A model generated the notes under the pieces. It was not told the DNA's origin. It did not search any database and saw only the letters and a program-made list of their open reading frames with translations. The position numbers were made by a program, and so were the translations under genes. From Octopus vulgaris (taxonomy: Eukaryota), in assembly GCA_951406725.2 (NCBI GenBank), contig OX597820.1, positions 48,670,001-48,734,000 on the forward strand: a stretch of 64,000 bases of DNA. The letters run 5' to 3'. Within the stretch, counting starts at the first letter, position 1. The number at the start of each line of letters is the position of its first letter. This document shows positions 39,383 through 53,320 of this stretch, piece by piece.

Positions 39383-42300
39383 CTTGAAGCAAGTCATATA
39401 TACACGTACGTTGCATTTATCGAAAAGTTACATTGTCCCATTGCAATTGTATATGTAGACAGTTTATTGGCTTGTTAAACTGGGTTCTCTCGACGTGTTT
39501 TCAGTCTCAGAGAATAGATTATTTACACTATCAACAAACTCAAGACACTTCAGCGAACTTAAGCTTATTACGTGAATATCACAATGCACACCCAGCATAT
39601 TTACTCCATTTTTAATCTTATTCAGTAGTCTGAATGGCTAATCTTTTTGTCTACTTGCTCAGAGTTCATGAACCAAAATCTTCTACAAGCATTTTTTGTA
39701 ATTCTGAGCAAAAAATGTTATTGGATAGTGTCTTGCTAGCTGTTGGGTTTAGCTTCGGTTGGAAAGAGAGCGATACATAAAACCAAATGGATACATCTGT
39801 GAGAACGTAGGAAAGACATTGTGAGTTATACTGAGTGTGCAACGCCATGAGAAGCAATGACCCTTGACATTCTCGCATCACGATTTACGAGACATTTAGA
39901 ATCAGTAATTATTTTTTTCTTTTTGCTCGAGTAATTTTCAGAAGCAGAAGCATAACATATGCGACCAACATCGATAGGCTATGAATCTAAATAAATGAGA
40001 TCTCACCTCTACTCGCCATTTTCGTATAACATTAAAAGATATTTCTAGCAGACGTTTTATTTTTCTACATTTATTATAATCAATACAAAAACATGACTAG
40101 CATATTCAGAATACTTGGAATTACGCTGTGGGATTTCCAGTGTTATAACACACGTTTGTAGAAAAAGTATTTATTGGTTCTTCAATAATCTAAACCGTTG
40201 TTTGGTATTGATTGCAACAAATGCAAATCTGTGCTGAACGGAGAGTTACAAAACTCTGGGTAATATAAAATGAACACCGTAAAGCATCTTCAACATCTAT
40301 GAAACTTTAAAATCATAGAAAGGAACTTTATTCATGGCTGTGAGATTGTTTAGAGAATATATTCAGAAACCATTTTATAAACCTGATGAATTTTATCTAA
40401 TTGCAAATGAATCTATGAGATTTTACATGAATATTATAAATACTTGAGTGAGTTTCTGCCTTTGCTCACAATATATTGCTTTTATAAGAATATAAAAAAG
40501 CATGTTTTGTCTTGGGTAAAAAAGTATTATTAAAATAAGGGAACTTGAAATTACATCTGGTACTAAGAATCAGTAAGTGACAAAATATTCTGAATATCAA
40601 GAAAAAAGATCCAAAATAGTTTAGTACAGAATACAACTTTAGTAATATATACAACTTTTGAATATGTGCGGACTAACTGAGAGGGTTTCAAGATAATAGC
40701 ACAAAAAAACGCAAACGGGGTAAATATATTGTTCTCCAATCAAGAAATATTTTTGAAATTCTCATTTACCGTCTTGTTTTCTCGGAGGAAATGCCAAGTA
40801 TGAATCATTATATGTTTACTTTTGTGTTGAACATAAATCATCTTTATGCATATATTTACCTGAGAAAGTTTATAATATACTTATATACATTACGCCCGTG
40901 CGCACGTGTCTACGTGTGTGCGCACAGAATAGCATATTTTCCATCCTGTCTTCGGTAGAATTCAAGCTTAGATCCAATGCGGACTCAGAACAGAAAACCT
41001 ACGCCATAATTCGACTCAATATTGCTTATAGGAATAGGCTACTCCCCTCCTTATTCTTATTCAAAATTTCTGTATTTCTTCCTCTTTCTGTGAAATAAAC
41101 CATGGTAGTGACCTTTACGTGCTCTTTTCTTTCTTCATGAATTCATAAAGGCCCATCTCTTTTTTTCACCGCAACCACACGCCTCTTAAACGAATGCAAA
41201 CGTGCGACCTATTTATTTACATACACATAGAATCGATCCCAGCTCTCAATGTTATCATCATGCAGAGTGAAAAGATACTTTGCAAAACTCGAAGTCCATC
41301 CAGAGTATGTGCAGCAGCTTCGCCAAACGGAATCTTTCAGGCAACATATCTAAACGCCGATATATATTGCACAATCTTACTCTTCTAGTCGGAAGACTGC
41401 TCCAGTACAATACTTCTACAGGAGATCGGTGAATTTCTTTATAACTATATCGATACATTTTAAATTAACCTAATGCTTTCCACACGCTTCCTACAGTACT
41501 GCGATGGGTCCTCCTCAAACTAACAGTCTTTTAGCAGCACATCTGCTAGCGTGTTCGACCTTAGCATGAGCTGCCCGTTTCAAATGCAGTACTATGTTGC
41601 TTAGTAATTGTAATATGCGCATGATTCTTAGGCTGGTCACTCTCCCGTTTCGCTGTCTAAGAGTGTGGTCATGTGTGTCATATATGTGTGTGTATGAGTG
41701 TATATGTGTTCGATATCAGGATGTAATTTCAATATTGCGCATGATTCTTAGACTGTGATCTGTTTTTTTCATGTGTGGGATGCACGGCCCGAACTCGTCA
41801 CTCGTTCAGTGAGAGGAGTATTGATTCTGCATTTCTTCCCTATACATTTAATGAAGCGTGAGAAGTAAGAGAGACAGCCGCTGTTCGTTCCAGTATTTGC
41901 TCACAACGTTTGCGGACCTTTATCGTGATAGACTGGAAAATGCGGCGAATTTCTTTATCAATGGTCACTTTGCTCTCAAGTGTATACGTTTCGAAAGTTC
42001 ATTTCCTTCCCTTGTACATCAGCTCGGTACACACTTAGTTTACCAGTATGCAACCAGGATAGTTAGGAATGGCTTAATCTACCGAAGCAGCGAAATGGCT
42101 TAAACGACGGAAATAGGGTAAAATGGTTCTAAATATAATCTTCTTGAAGTAGCTTTTCTTTGAAAAGCGTGTCTCTTTTTCTAGATGAATAAAATGCGGT
42201 AAAATGTGTGTGCTTTTTTATGCGCTCGTCTTTCTATGTAGTTTTATATATAATCTAACGTGACTGAGATATTGCAAGTCACAGAGAGATTTTAACTCCT

Positions 42301-43189
42301 ATTTAAACTGCCTGATGAGAAATAAAGTTCTCAAAAGGAAACGTTCTCTATAAGAAGATTTGCTACAAGATACCATCTCGCATATTCTTTTTATATCGTA
42401 CGTTAGGACTTATCTTTTTTCCGTATATACTTTCACTGTATAGACTTTATTACATAACCTCAAATAATTCATAATTTATATACAAAATACTTGATCATTT
42501 CGGTGAAAAATGATTTGCTTAAACTGATTATGATGTACTCCGTTGAGAACGCATAGATGCTGGTACCGAACACAAATATATTCAAACGTACATACATACG
42601 ACACACATGCCCACAAACTTACACAGAGAAATGACAAAGTGAATAGTATGAGAAGAAGGTAAAATAATGCAAGATAATCTAAAATTATCTGTAGAACATT
42701 ATGAAATATAGGCAAAAACGTTTAAAGAACCCAGGATGGAGATAAATAGCAAAAGTATGCAAAGACAAATGTGAATAAGAGGAGATGAAAAGTAAGATGA
42801 AGTGGAAGAAAATGATAGAAAGGAAAAGAAGAAAAAATAAGATGATGCTGATGACGATGATGATGAAGGAGAAATAAAAGAAGAAACAAAAGATGAAGAA
42901 GATAAGGGGAAACGGAGAAGAAAAAGAAGTATGTGCCAAACAAACGTAATAATTGAAAATGTATCCTGAATATCATAGTTAAAGAATCAATAGCTATCAT
43001 ACAATAGACCATATTTAGGCAAGATGCCAGAATGTTGCCAAGTAGATTTTCCTCTCAACAGAAATATAAAATACCAGAGAGAAAGAGAGCAGGCTGTGTA
43101 TGTGTGCCTGTGTAAGAGAAAGAAGCAGCGAAAGAGAAAATGCGTGGAAATCTCTACAGCTGCTGCTGATGCTGGTAATTATGATAATG

Positions 43190-43762
<573 letters not shown>

Positions 43763-43764
43763 AT

Positions 43765-43905
43765 CGAAATCCCAGGTTCGAAATTTCCCCAAGACACCTG
43801 ATGAAGACTGGATGTTATATCAGCCGAAACGTTGTGTTAGCGACAAACAAAATGACAAATATCAGTCAAATGTAAATAATGTAAATAATGTAAATAATAT
43901 GTACC
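43765..43905 (+). mobile_element. Family H short hammerhead-bearing element (PLE pseudo-LTR-like)
   Basis: CCCAGGTTCGAAAT...hammerhead...GACAAATATCAGTCAA then three ATGTAAATA repeats; homologous to 38550-38708. Confidence 0.8.
43793..43838 (+). ncRNA. Minimal type I hammerhead ribozyme
   Basis: GACAC-CUGAUGA(43798-43804)-A-GACUGG-loop-UCAGCC-GAAA(43826-43829)-CG-UU-GUGUU; intact core, stem I GACAC/GUGUU, one stem II mismatch; predicted cleavage after 43833. Confidence 0.8.
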
Positions 43906-45134
43906 TCCTTATGCTTTGAGTTCAAATACCGCTGAGATCAAACTTTGTTTTTCATTTCACAGGGGATTATAAAATAATGTGGCAATCTAGTAATCGTTTC
44001 GATAGTATTGACTTAACCCATTCTCTCAAAATGAATCATGGCAACACGTATGTTTTCCTCGAACAAGGAGCCTCTTTCAATTGTTCTCTGTATATTAATA
44101 TTTCCGTAGATTATAGTAGAATTACTGCGAAAGGGCAGTTTTGGCTGCCACCTTGTCATACTTGTGTTACTTTAAAGGCTAGAGCTCCTTCTGCGAGAGA
44201 ATATATTGCTAATGACTTCTGGATGCGTGGTAAGTAGGACTGGTGATGACGCTGTATAACATGTTGAACTGTAAGGTCTTCATCAGAGCACTTTCTACAG
44301 ACCACAGATCTGGCATTGATTGTATGTCCATACTGATCCCAGTCACCAATATTTACATCAGCGATTAGCGATTGCTCGTATGTGCCATGAAGGAGAGTTT
44401 TTGCCAGGAGCTGGCATCACCAATGTTCCTGACGATGACCCGCATGTGCCGAATCTCCTCATGATATCGCGTACTATTTGGGTGTTGGCACTGACCCCAT
44501 CTTCTTATATAAAAAAAAGGATACATATTGTGCCATATGTCTATCCTCATCCAATGAAGAACATTTTACTTATAGAATCTTCCGGAGCTTTCTCCATTTC
44601 ACGTTTAAATGGGAGCTTATAAACAGTTGCGGTTTTCGTAAGACAGAAATACATTACCTTTCTTCTTCCATAAGCCAATGTAGTTGGTTGCGAAAAACCG
44701 GCCCTAGTTTGATGTACAACTAATTGGATTTTCGATCCGTCATGAAGAACTTTTGTACCGATAGTTTCGTATCGATAGTTTTCCTTTTTGATAGAAAATT
44801 CACAAAATACAATTTATTGTTCATGTTTACACCCAAACGAAGCATACTTTTGCTGCTGTTGTTGTCGGCAAGAAATGGACTCGGCAGAGTTGTGTCTTCG
44901 TCCATATTATTATCTTGCGTTGCAATCAAATTAACATTCCGTTTTTTTTTTGGGTGGGGTTGCTTTGTGTGTGAATCGATGCAAAATTTTGTACGTTTTT
45001 CTCTTTTCCATTTCGATGTGTACAGTAAAATGTTCATTATCGTTAACTCGAGAGGAAAAAATGTAATTTGTTTTCCAAAAATATACACAACCATTATTTC
45101 TCATTTTGTTAGACTTCAGAAACAAAACTTCAAA

Positions 45135-45376
45135 CTGGAGGATGAAAGGCAAATTTGGCCTCGGCGAGAACCGGAACAAAAGTTGCTTGGAATTTTTTGT
45201 GATACTCTTTTAGTTATGCCAGTCCATGCTTCTAACAAAAATAACACCAACAATCCCTTTTATTATTACATCAAACTGAGGGCTCGAAAAGGATGAACAG
45301 CAAAGTCAACTTCGGCAGAATTGGATCTCAGAACATAAAAGTGGTTGAAATACTGCATTTGTCCGACGTGCTAACT
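45135..45376 (-). mobile_element. Two decayed SINE family A fragments
   Basis: GGATGAAAGGCAAATTTGGCCTCGGCG and GGATGAACAGCAAAGTCAACTTCGGCAGAATT. Confidence 0.75.
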
Positions 45377-45544
45377 GTTTAGAAATGTAAAAAAAAAAAA
45401 TACTCGATTACAAACGAAACCATAAGGGCAACATAGAAACAGGAATAGCTCATAAATGAATGTATGACTCGGAAGTGAATAAGAAAAGAATCTTGCAGGC
45501 AATTGCATAACCCAAAACCCAAATATACTAAACATCTATACATA

Positions 45545-46697
45545 GTAATGGGGAGAATTCACAAAATAAATAAATAAATAAATAAATAAAAGACGAAGAC
45601 AGGTGGTGTAGACAACAAACATATATTAGTATAACGCTTGGGAAGTGAAAAAGTCTTTAACGTTTCGAGCCTATGCTCTTTAACAGAAAGGAACACAGAA
45701 AGAAACAAGGAGAGAAAATAAAGAATATGTAGGGGCTAGCGATCTATCATGGCGAATGTCGGACAGAAGGGTCACACAGGAGAGCTAGGGAGAAGGGAAG
45801 ATAATAAAGTAGTGGTGATCCCAATACGAAGGTGCGCGTGCGTAGTATAAGGGAGTTTGTATGTGCGTGTGGAAGAGGGCGTGTGCGTGTGGGTGTAGGT
45901 GTGAAAATGTGGGTCTGTTAAGTGGTCAGTGCTGATGAGTGCGTGGTGGTGTGTTGTGATGTGATGTATTGTGTGGTATGGTAGTGTAAGGTGTAGTGGT
46001 GTGTGGTGTGGTGTAATGGTGTTGGGAGGTGGGGGAGGCGAGAGTGGGGAAAGTAAGGGTAGAGGGTGGGTTAGGCTGAGGGTGGGGTATGTGGGTAGGC
46101 GGAGGGTGAGAATAGAGGTGGGGTATGTGGGAGTGGGTGGGATGGGATGGGGAAGGATAGGGAAAGTGGGGTGGAATGTGTAGGGGTGGGGTGGGCTTAC
46201 GAGGGAGGGGTGACGATGAAGGAAGAAGGAGAAGATGGGTAGGAATAAAGAAGAGAAGGAGAGTAGGAGTGAAGTGAAGGAGTCGGAGCAAGAGAGGAGA
46301 GATGAGTGGGAGGAAGTAGGCGTAAGGGGGAGAGAGGCGGGGGAAGAAGGTTAGATGAAGATAGGGAGCACAGTTGAGCAGAGAGAGCAGGAGATGCAGT
46401 AGATGATATTAGTAGAAGTGCAGGTGAAGGAGTCGGTGATGTGGTAGTGTCGATGATGGGTGCCAGTGAGGAGGGTGGTGTTGAAGAGGTAAGAGCAAGT
46501 GCGACTGCTTGGACGGGAGCAGGGGAACGAGCCAGGTTGGCAGGTTGGGTTAGGGAAGAAGCTGTTGTCCAAGAGGTCTCGTTGGTTGTGGGCTCGTTTG
46601 AAGGAAGAGAAGGGTCGATTAGGGAAGATGTGCGAAGTGGTGTGGTCAGACTGGAGTCGCCGGAAGGCTCGGAGAATGGTGCGTTGGATACTGACAA
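45545..46697 (-). mobile_element. PLE 3' part: Zn-finger linker, GIY-YIG start, pyrimidine-rich UTR and pseudo-LTR
   Basis: PGSFPCSRPSSRTC...ITDSFTCTSTNIIYCISCSLC (Neptune-like) truncated at ~46370, then a C/T-rich tract on the minus strand and a family P-like terminus. Confidence 0.88.
45655..45690 (-). ncRNA. Hammerhead-like motif in PLE pseudo-LTR, core mutated
   Basis: CUUU-CUGUUAA-A-GAGC-AUAG-GCUC-GAAA-CG-UU-AAAG. Confidence 0.6.
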
Positions 46698-46719
46698 AGT
46701 ATTACATAGCGTGCTCTCA

Positions 46720-47237
46720 ATGCATTAAAAATGCCAAACGAAAATAAAACACTGCTGTACCCAAACCGCTCAGAGCTGCACTCTCTAGTGTAATGGAATT
46801 ACGCAATAAAAATAAGGCAAGTGGACTATAACAATAATAATGTGATTCAAATTAGAAACGTGCTCTAAAGCAACCTTAAAGAATACTGATGTCATGTTAG
46901 ATAGAAGCAAAAATAGAGACAAGAGAGTTAGACTAAACACATAATTGCAAATATTTCGGAATCAATGAACTAGACAGAAATAAAACACAAAGAAATGAAG
47001 GAAAAAAGAGAGATTAGGAAGGATATAATTTAGACTAATTAGATTAATACTTACAACAATGTTAAAGGAAAAAAGTAATTAACAAGTTAATAGGTATTTA
47101 TACTCTTACTGTTCCAGTAATAAGCTACACTTACTATATCTTCATCTGGATGCTAATTGAAATAGCTAGACTAGACAATAAAAACGAAAGAAAAAATAAT
47201 TATATTATTTAGGCTGCAGCACCTAAATGCTGATATA

Positions 47238-47284
<47 letters not shown>

Positions 47285-48230
47285 TTCACAACAAAACACG
47301 GAAGTAACGGTTTTGCACAACGAAAATCTATTATAAATATCCACTTTAGAATAGCGAAGATGTCTAGGAAAGAATAATGCGAAACTAATACAAACAGAAA
47401 CGAAACAGGAACAATATATACATAACTAATAGTCTTCTGTTTTCCATATGACTGAAAATAGGGGTTCAAATGAAGGATAATTATGAAAAGAAATGGAAAT
47501 AAATGAAACCGTGAAGAGGCTAAAATCTAAGTTAGGATTGAGTAATGGAGTACCATGATAAATCGATGGCAAGGGAACTCCCTTTTTTTGGTCAAAGAAC
47601 TTTGAAAATTGATCGTATGGAAAAAAGCAATCAAACATCACTGATTTAAGAAGCACAAAATGATAAATAAATAAATAAGAACTGAGTATTAAAGATATTT
47701 AGCTGCCGTGGAAGATCAAAACGTACCCACCAGAATAAACTAAAAGTATATGATGAGGTAGACTGCACTAGGAAGAAAGAGGAGGTGTTAAGTACAGATA
47801 GAAAATAGAATCGATACAGAAACGATAACTGGCCAATATTATTAGTTCTGTGGTACTTGCTCAGAGTGCAAATAAGAGGAACAAATATTGTATGTAGGCC
47901 AGGCGCACGTTTAATTCAGAAACCCAGTTCCAGTAATATATTTTACTGTCATCTTCCTCTGACGTACCTAACATATACGTAACACAATAATCAATTCAAA
48001 CAATACATGTTGTGCAGAATAAGCATCCAAGATGGTAACACAAACTAGGCAGCAAACAGAAAACTAACTCTTGGTATAACCATTAACTTTACAACGCTGT
48101 ATGGAGTGGCTATATAAACAATGTGTTCGGAGGCAAGAGTGGGTTAGATGAGGGTTGATGAAGGGGCAAAAACCCCACGAGATATGGCACATGCCTTCAT
48201 TGCCCATTTGTTGTCTCTAATTTCATTATT
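46720..48230 (-). mobile_element. Possible older PLE RT/EN relic
   Basis: Weak ordered motifs: VTILD, LSKYHR, FFDQKKGVP...GTPL, ALEHVSNLNH..LESA. Confidence 0.35.
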
Positions 48231-48276
48231 TATTTTCATTTGGTTTCTCCAAAAGAAGCGTTGTTGCAAAAGGTCA

Positions 48277-48691
48277 GTACTCTTTTACTTGTTTCAATCA
48301 TGTGACTGCAGTCATGTGACTGCAGCAATGCAGGAACACAGCCTTTAGTCGAGCAAATCGACCCTAGGACTTATTCTTTGTAAGCTTAGTACTTATTCTA
48401 TCGGTCTCTTTTGCCGAACCAATAAGTTGCGTGGACGTAAACACACCAGCATCTGTTGTCAAGCGATGTTGGGGGGACAGGCACAGGCACACAAACACAT
48501 ACACACATACATATATACATATAGATATATATGACGAGCTTCTTTCAGTTTCCGTCTACCAAATCCACTCACAAAGCTTTAGACGATCGGAGGCTATAGT
48601 AGAAGACACTTGCCCAAGATGCCTCACAGTGGGACTGAACCCGGAGCCATGTGGTTGTTAAGCAAGCTACTTACCACACAGCCACTCCTGC
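48277..48691 (-). mobile_element. SINE family B full-length
   Basis: Colinear with 37554-37962. Confidence 0.95.
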
Positions 48692-49982
48692 AACCTTAAT
48701 GAAATAATGTAAAGAGCACTGCGAGCACAGTAGGACGTGGTGTTGGCTCAGAAAAGTATTCAATATATTTTATAGTATATTATGGTTGCATAACGAAATT
48801 CCACGTGCTTCAAATCTTTAAGAAATTCAAGTTGCTGGAATGCTGAAACACCATCTCACTCTTCTAAAACCAAATGATACAAATGCGTGAAAAAGATTGG
48901 GGTGTATCTGGTGGTGCAGTAGTAGCTTGCATAAAACAAGCAAAGTACAAAGTCAGAAGATTATTTGAGGAAAATTAATTTAATAAGTCATTTCATTTGT
49001 ATTTATTTATCGTCTTCAGGATGAAGACAGGTAAAATGGATTTCTGGACCTGAAGTCAGAAAGTAAAGAGTAAGTTCTAAATTTCATTACATTACTTTCT
49101 CTGACGATTCTGCTAATCCGCCACTTTCGTAATAATTATAAAACTGCTTAGAAGCGGACAACATCCTTCACCAGCACTTCATCAATAATTATTTCATCGA
49201 ACTGGAGGGATGAAAAGGAAAGCGGACAACAGTAAGATTTGAATTCAAATCGTAAAGAGTATAACTGGATATCTCAAGGCATTTGGTAAAACACTAACAT
49301 TTGAGCAAATCCACCATGGTCCTAAAGAAATGAAGAAAAATACATTTTTTTTTCGTCTAACATTAAAATATAACTACCGCAATGTTGATGATGAAACAGA
49401 CAAAAATAAATGATGATGGTGATGATGATGACAAGAACGACGACGACGACAACGACAACGACGACGCTGCTGATGGCTATGATGAACGATGACAATGATG
49501 ATGAATTAGAGGAACATTATGTTTTTTTATTAGTAATACTTTAAGATTCATTTCCTCGTGCACATAAAAAAGACAAGGTTGACTGAACAAGCAAAGTCAA
49601 TGAGGTGGAAAATACTTAGTATGGCAATCAGTAAGGCCACAACGTTCAATGGTCACTTAACATGCGACACTGCCATAATGATCGGCTATGATCTTGATTT
49701 CTGATTGACTACCAACTAACGACTACCCTTCCACATAATATGAAACTAGCTACATTTCTTTTGACTCATTCTCTTCATCAACCTAACCTCGCTCTCTCAC
49801 TCTCTCTATTTCCTTCTCATTTTTTATACCCTCTCTTCTTCATCCTTCTATCTCTCACGATATCTTTAGCAACCCTTATCTCTGTATATGGTTGAAAAGA
49901 AAAAAATATAATTGTACTATTTGTCACTGATATACTTTAGTGATATATTTGTGTGAAAGCAACTATACATGTACGTACCTAC

Positions 49983-50013
<31 letters not shown>

Positions 50014-50403
50014 TGTATGTATGTATGTATGTATGTATGTATGTATGAATGTATGTATGTATGCATAAATGTATGTATGTATATGTGTGAAGGGCGCGCG
50101 TGTTTATGTATAGGTCTGTTAAGTATGCATGCTAGTGTATGTTGATATGTTAAAAATTTGTGTGTGTGTATGTAGGTATGTATATAAAATACAACATAAT
50201 ATAATATAATTTAATATAAGTATAGCAGTATCTATTATAAATATGACAGTATATATGTATGTATATATGTATGTATATATGTATGTATGTTGCAGATTTT
50301 AAAAACTTTTCCCGTCTAATTTGTGTGTGTGTGGATGTGTGTGTGCGTGTGTGTATGTGTGTGTATACATACTTACAAAAACACACATACGAATATATAC
50401 ATA

Positions 50404-50493
<90 letters not shown>

Positions 50494-50577
50494 CGCATAT
50501 ACATATACGTACACATATATATCGTAATGTATTCTTGCTGCAAATAGCTGATATAAATTCAATTCGTTAGCTAGAGT

Positions 50578-50675
<98 letters not shown>

Positions 50676-50941
50676 TTATTTATATATATGTCCTAAGAAA
50701 CGTTCCCAGAAACGTTCACATGATTTTAGATAGAACCCCCATAAATGTAGCTTCGCAGCCCATCCAGTATTTATAAGAATATCTAAAGTTTCATTAAGCT
50801 CCTTTGGTAGTTATATTTCGTTAAGTCTCAAATAAGATGGAGTCTTATTTGTATCCTACCATCACACACATTCAGACAGACAAACAGATACACAGGCACA
50901 CACACACACACGCACACACATGCACAAATATACACACATAT

Positions 50942-51900
50942 TTGATGGCGTGTGGTGTCGAGTTGGTCTTCAAACTCAATACGTGGCGAGCCATCTAAGT
51001 TGCATTACTGTGCTGATGTACCAGAAGGAAGATAGATGGTTCGCATAACGCTTTTTGAAATCGTCTTCACGTAACATGATGTAATTTTTTTCAATTAAGT
51101 TAACTTATGGCGTTGCTGTTACTGCTGCCTTATAGAAGACAACGTTTATCATACAGGCCTAGTCCAGTCAGAAAGCTTATGGGTATCGGTGTCAACAACT
51201 AGCAGTGGAATCTTGTACAATTTTACTAATGTTAACGTTCTTCACTATCCAACTCCACACCACGTACAATCAAGTGGGGAATTGTGGAGAAATCCAGGCC
51301 ATGTGATAATGGATGTAAGAAATGCAACTAATGCCTAGCAGAAAGATCTCATTCCTTTTAGATGCAAGAATTCTAACACACTGCTTAATTCTAGATCTGA
51401 AATTTTTACCAGGTGTAAACACGTTGAAAGGTTTCATTAGTTGAACTGGAGGACGCCATCCTCCCCAGACTGAGTTGCTATCTGACTGACTTTCACATGC
51501 TTTCTGTTTTGTCCTATACCAGCAGCATTAACTGTGGTTTCTTCAATGAGGCATGACGGAGATTTTGGCTTTCTTACTTTTGTTTCTTTCTTCTCGTTCC
51601 ATATATTGCATCAACCTTCTTCGCGTTTTCTTCTTGATTTGTCTTACTTTCTCACTGTCGGGCATACATGCTTCTTTGTAGAATATATTTAACTCAGAAA
51701 CAGAGACTGAAAGACTGTTTGGAGGTATAGATATGCCTTGTTAAGGTATCATAAAAGCATGAAATTATCAGTAGCTCTTTCAGTATATGCATTAAATTGA
51801 TATATGTATATATAAAAGCAATATCATTTCTGGGAATATTCACCAGAAAGTACTCCAGTTTCTCCGAGTTCTCTCACGTCTTCTTACGACCCAGGTGTAT
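50942..51900. mobile_element. Rearranged PLE thumb and GIY-YIG fragments on both strands
   Basis: Minus: NVVFYKAAVT, KNYIMLREDDFKKRYANHLSSF (~50942-51230); plus: IKWGIVEKSRPCDNGCKKCN*CLAE, LLNSRSEIFTRCKH (~51250-51430); minus: QGISIPPNSLS..FYKEA (~51670-51745). Confidence 0.8.
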
Positions 51901-52170
51901 ATAAAGATTTACTCTATGTTTATAACATTTCATAAGAAACATATAGGAAAAATACAGATTGTATTTGAATATTACACTGATTATTGAGCGAATGATGGAA
52001 GCAATTTATAACATATTGCTGCATTTAAAGCTCTCCAGCGAAAAACATAATGGGATTGAATGAAGGCGGTGTGGAAACGGAGGCTTGTGAGTCTTCAGCC
52101 TTACAAGAATAGAATGGGAATATGTAAAACCTGAAGACAGCTGATAAGATTTTCAGTAAGATTCTGTGTA

Positions 52171-52217
<47 letters not shown>

Positions 52218-53087
52218 AATAAAGGGACTCGTCGTATGCAAACTTATAAATGCATAGTTACACATGCCTACACGCAGAATTGAGCAAAAATACTTATATA
52301 CATTCGGCTACCAACTTCCCCACGCGCGCACTCTTGCATACATACATACATACATACATACATACATACATACATACATACATACATACATACATACATA
52401 CATACAAACATACATACATACATATACAAGTAAGAGTGTGTGAATTTGTGCGTGCGTGCATAAGCATATATATGTATAATTATATGCATATAAAGATATA
52501 TATGTGTGTGTGCGCGTGCGTGTATATATATATACACAAATGGTGTATGAAAAGGTTTGAGCCTTGAAGTCTTGTACAATGTTTTGTTTTGTTTTTTGAG
52601 GCTCAAGATTTTTCATACACCCTTCGTGTGTGTATATATATATATATACGCACACACACTTGTGTGTGTGTTTGTATCAAATGCGACAGAAAAAATATCT
52701 CGTTGATGGTATTGAACACCTGGTATACTGTCACATATTTGTCAACGACTTGTCTCTGAAGATAAGTTTCTTATTGCCCAGTTGCCAGAAAACATTTTAT
52801 AGGTACTTAGACTAGATCTGAGACATATGAAAGTCAACAGTATAAATATATCGACAAATGTAGTGAACACTCTCCCATTGGTCCTGGTAAATTATGAAGG
52901 GCAAATCTTATTAGAAACCTTAAACTCTGAAATCACATTCAGGACCATAAAATATCTAGCTTGATGAGTTACATTTCTAATTCCAAATAATCCCGTAGTT
53001 TCCTCGCGATGATTTCGCTATAAATAATCATATATAGAGAGAGTTGGTTTTAAATTTATTTCATAAATGATTTTGTTAACTCACTTA

Positions 53088-53320
53088 GGTGGCAAGCTGG
53101 TAGGAACATTAGCAACCCGGCAATATTCTTAGTGACGTTTCGTTCGTCTTTACGTACGAATTTGAAATTCAGCTGAGCATGACATTGCCTTTCATCCTAT
53201 TGAGGTCGATAATATAAGTACCAGTCGATAATATAAGTCCAGTCGAGCACTGGTGTCGATATAATCAGTAATTCGCTTCCCTCCAAATTTCAAGGTTTGT
53301 GTCTGTTCTATAAAGCATCA
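53088..53320 (+). mobile_element. SINE family A monomer, diverged
   Basis: GGTGGCAAGCTGGTAG head, GCCTTTCATCCTATTGAGGTCGAT core, small internal duplication. Confidence 0.85.

Noticed and set aside
41100-42110. Possible L1/Tx1-like relic (INGH motif)
   Set aside because: Only one or two short motifs; not enough to call.
42310-42345. CTGATGAGAA...TTCTC...GAAACGTT possible hammerhead
   Set aside because: Stem II would consume the core GA, spacing to GAAA is wrong, and stem I is missing.
44724-45296. 190-aa ORF
   Set aside because: No recognisable domain, TTG start, and its 3' part runs through SINE fragments.
46197-46728. 166-aa Ser/Thr/Pro-rich ORF and antisense ORFs
   Set aside because: Alternative frames of the PLE endonuclease fragment and its low-complexity tract.
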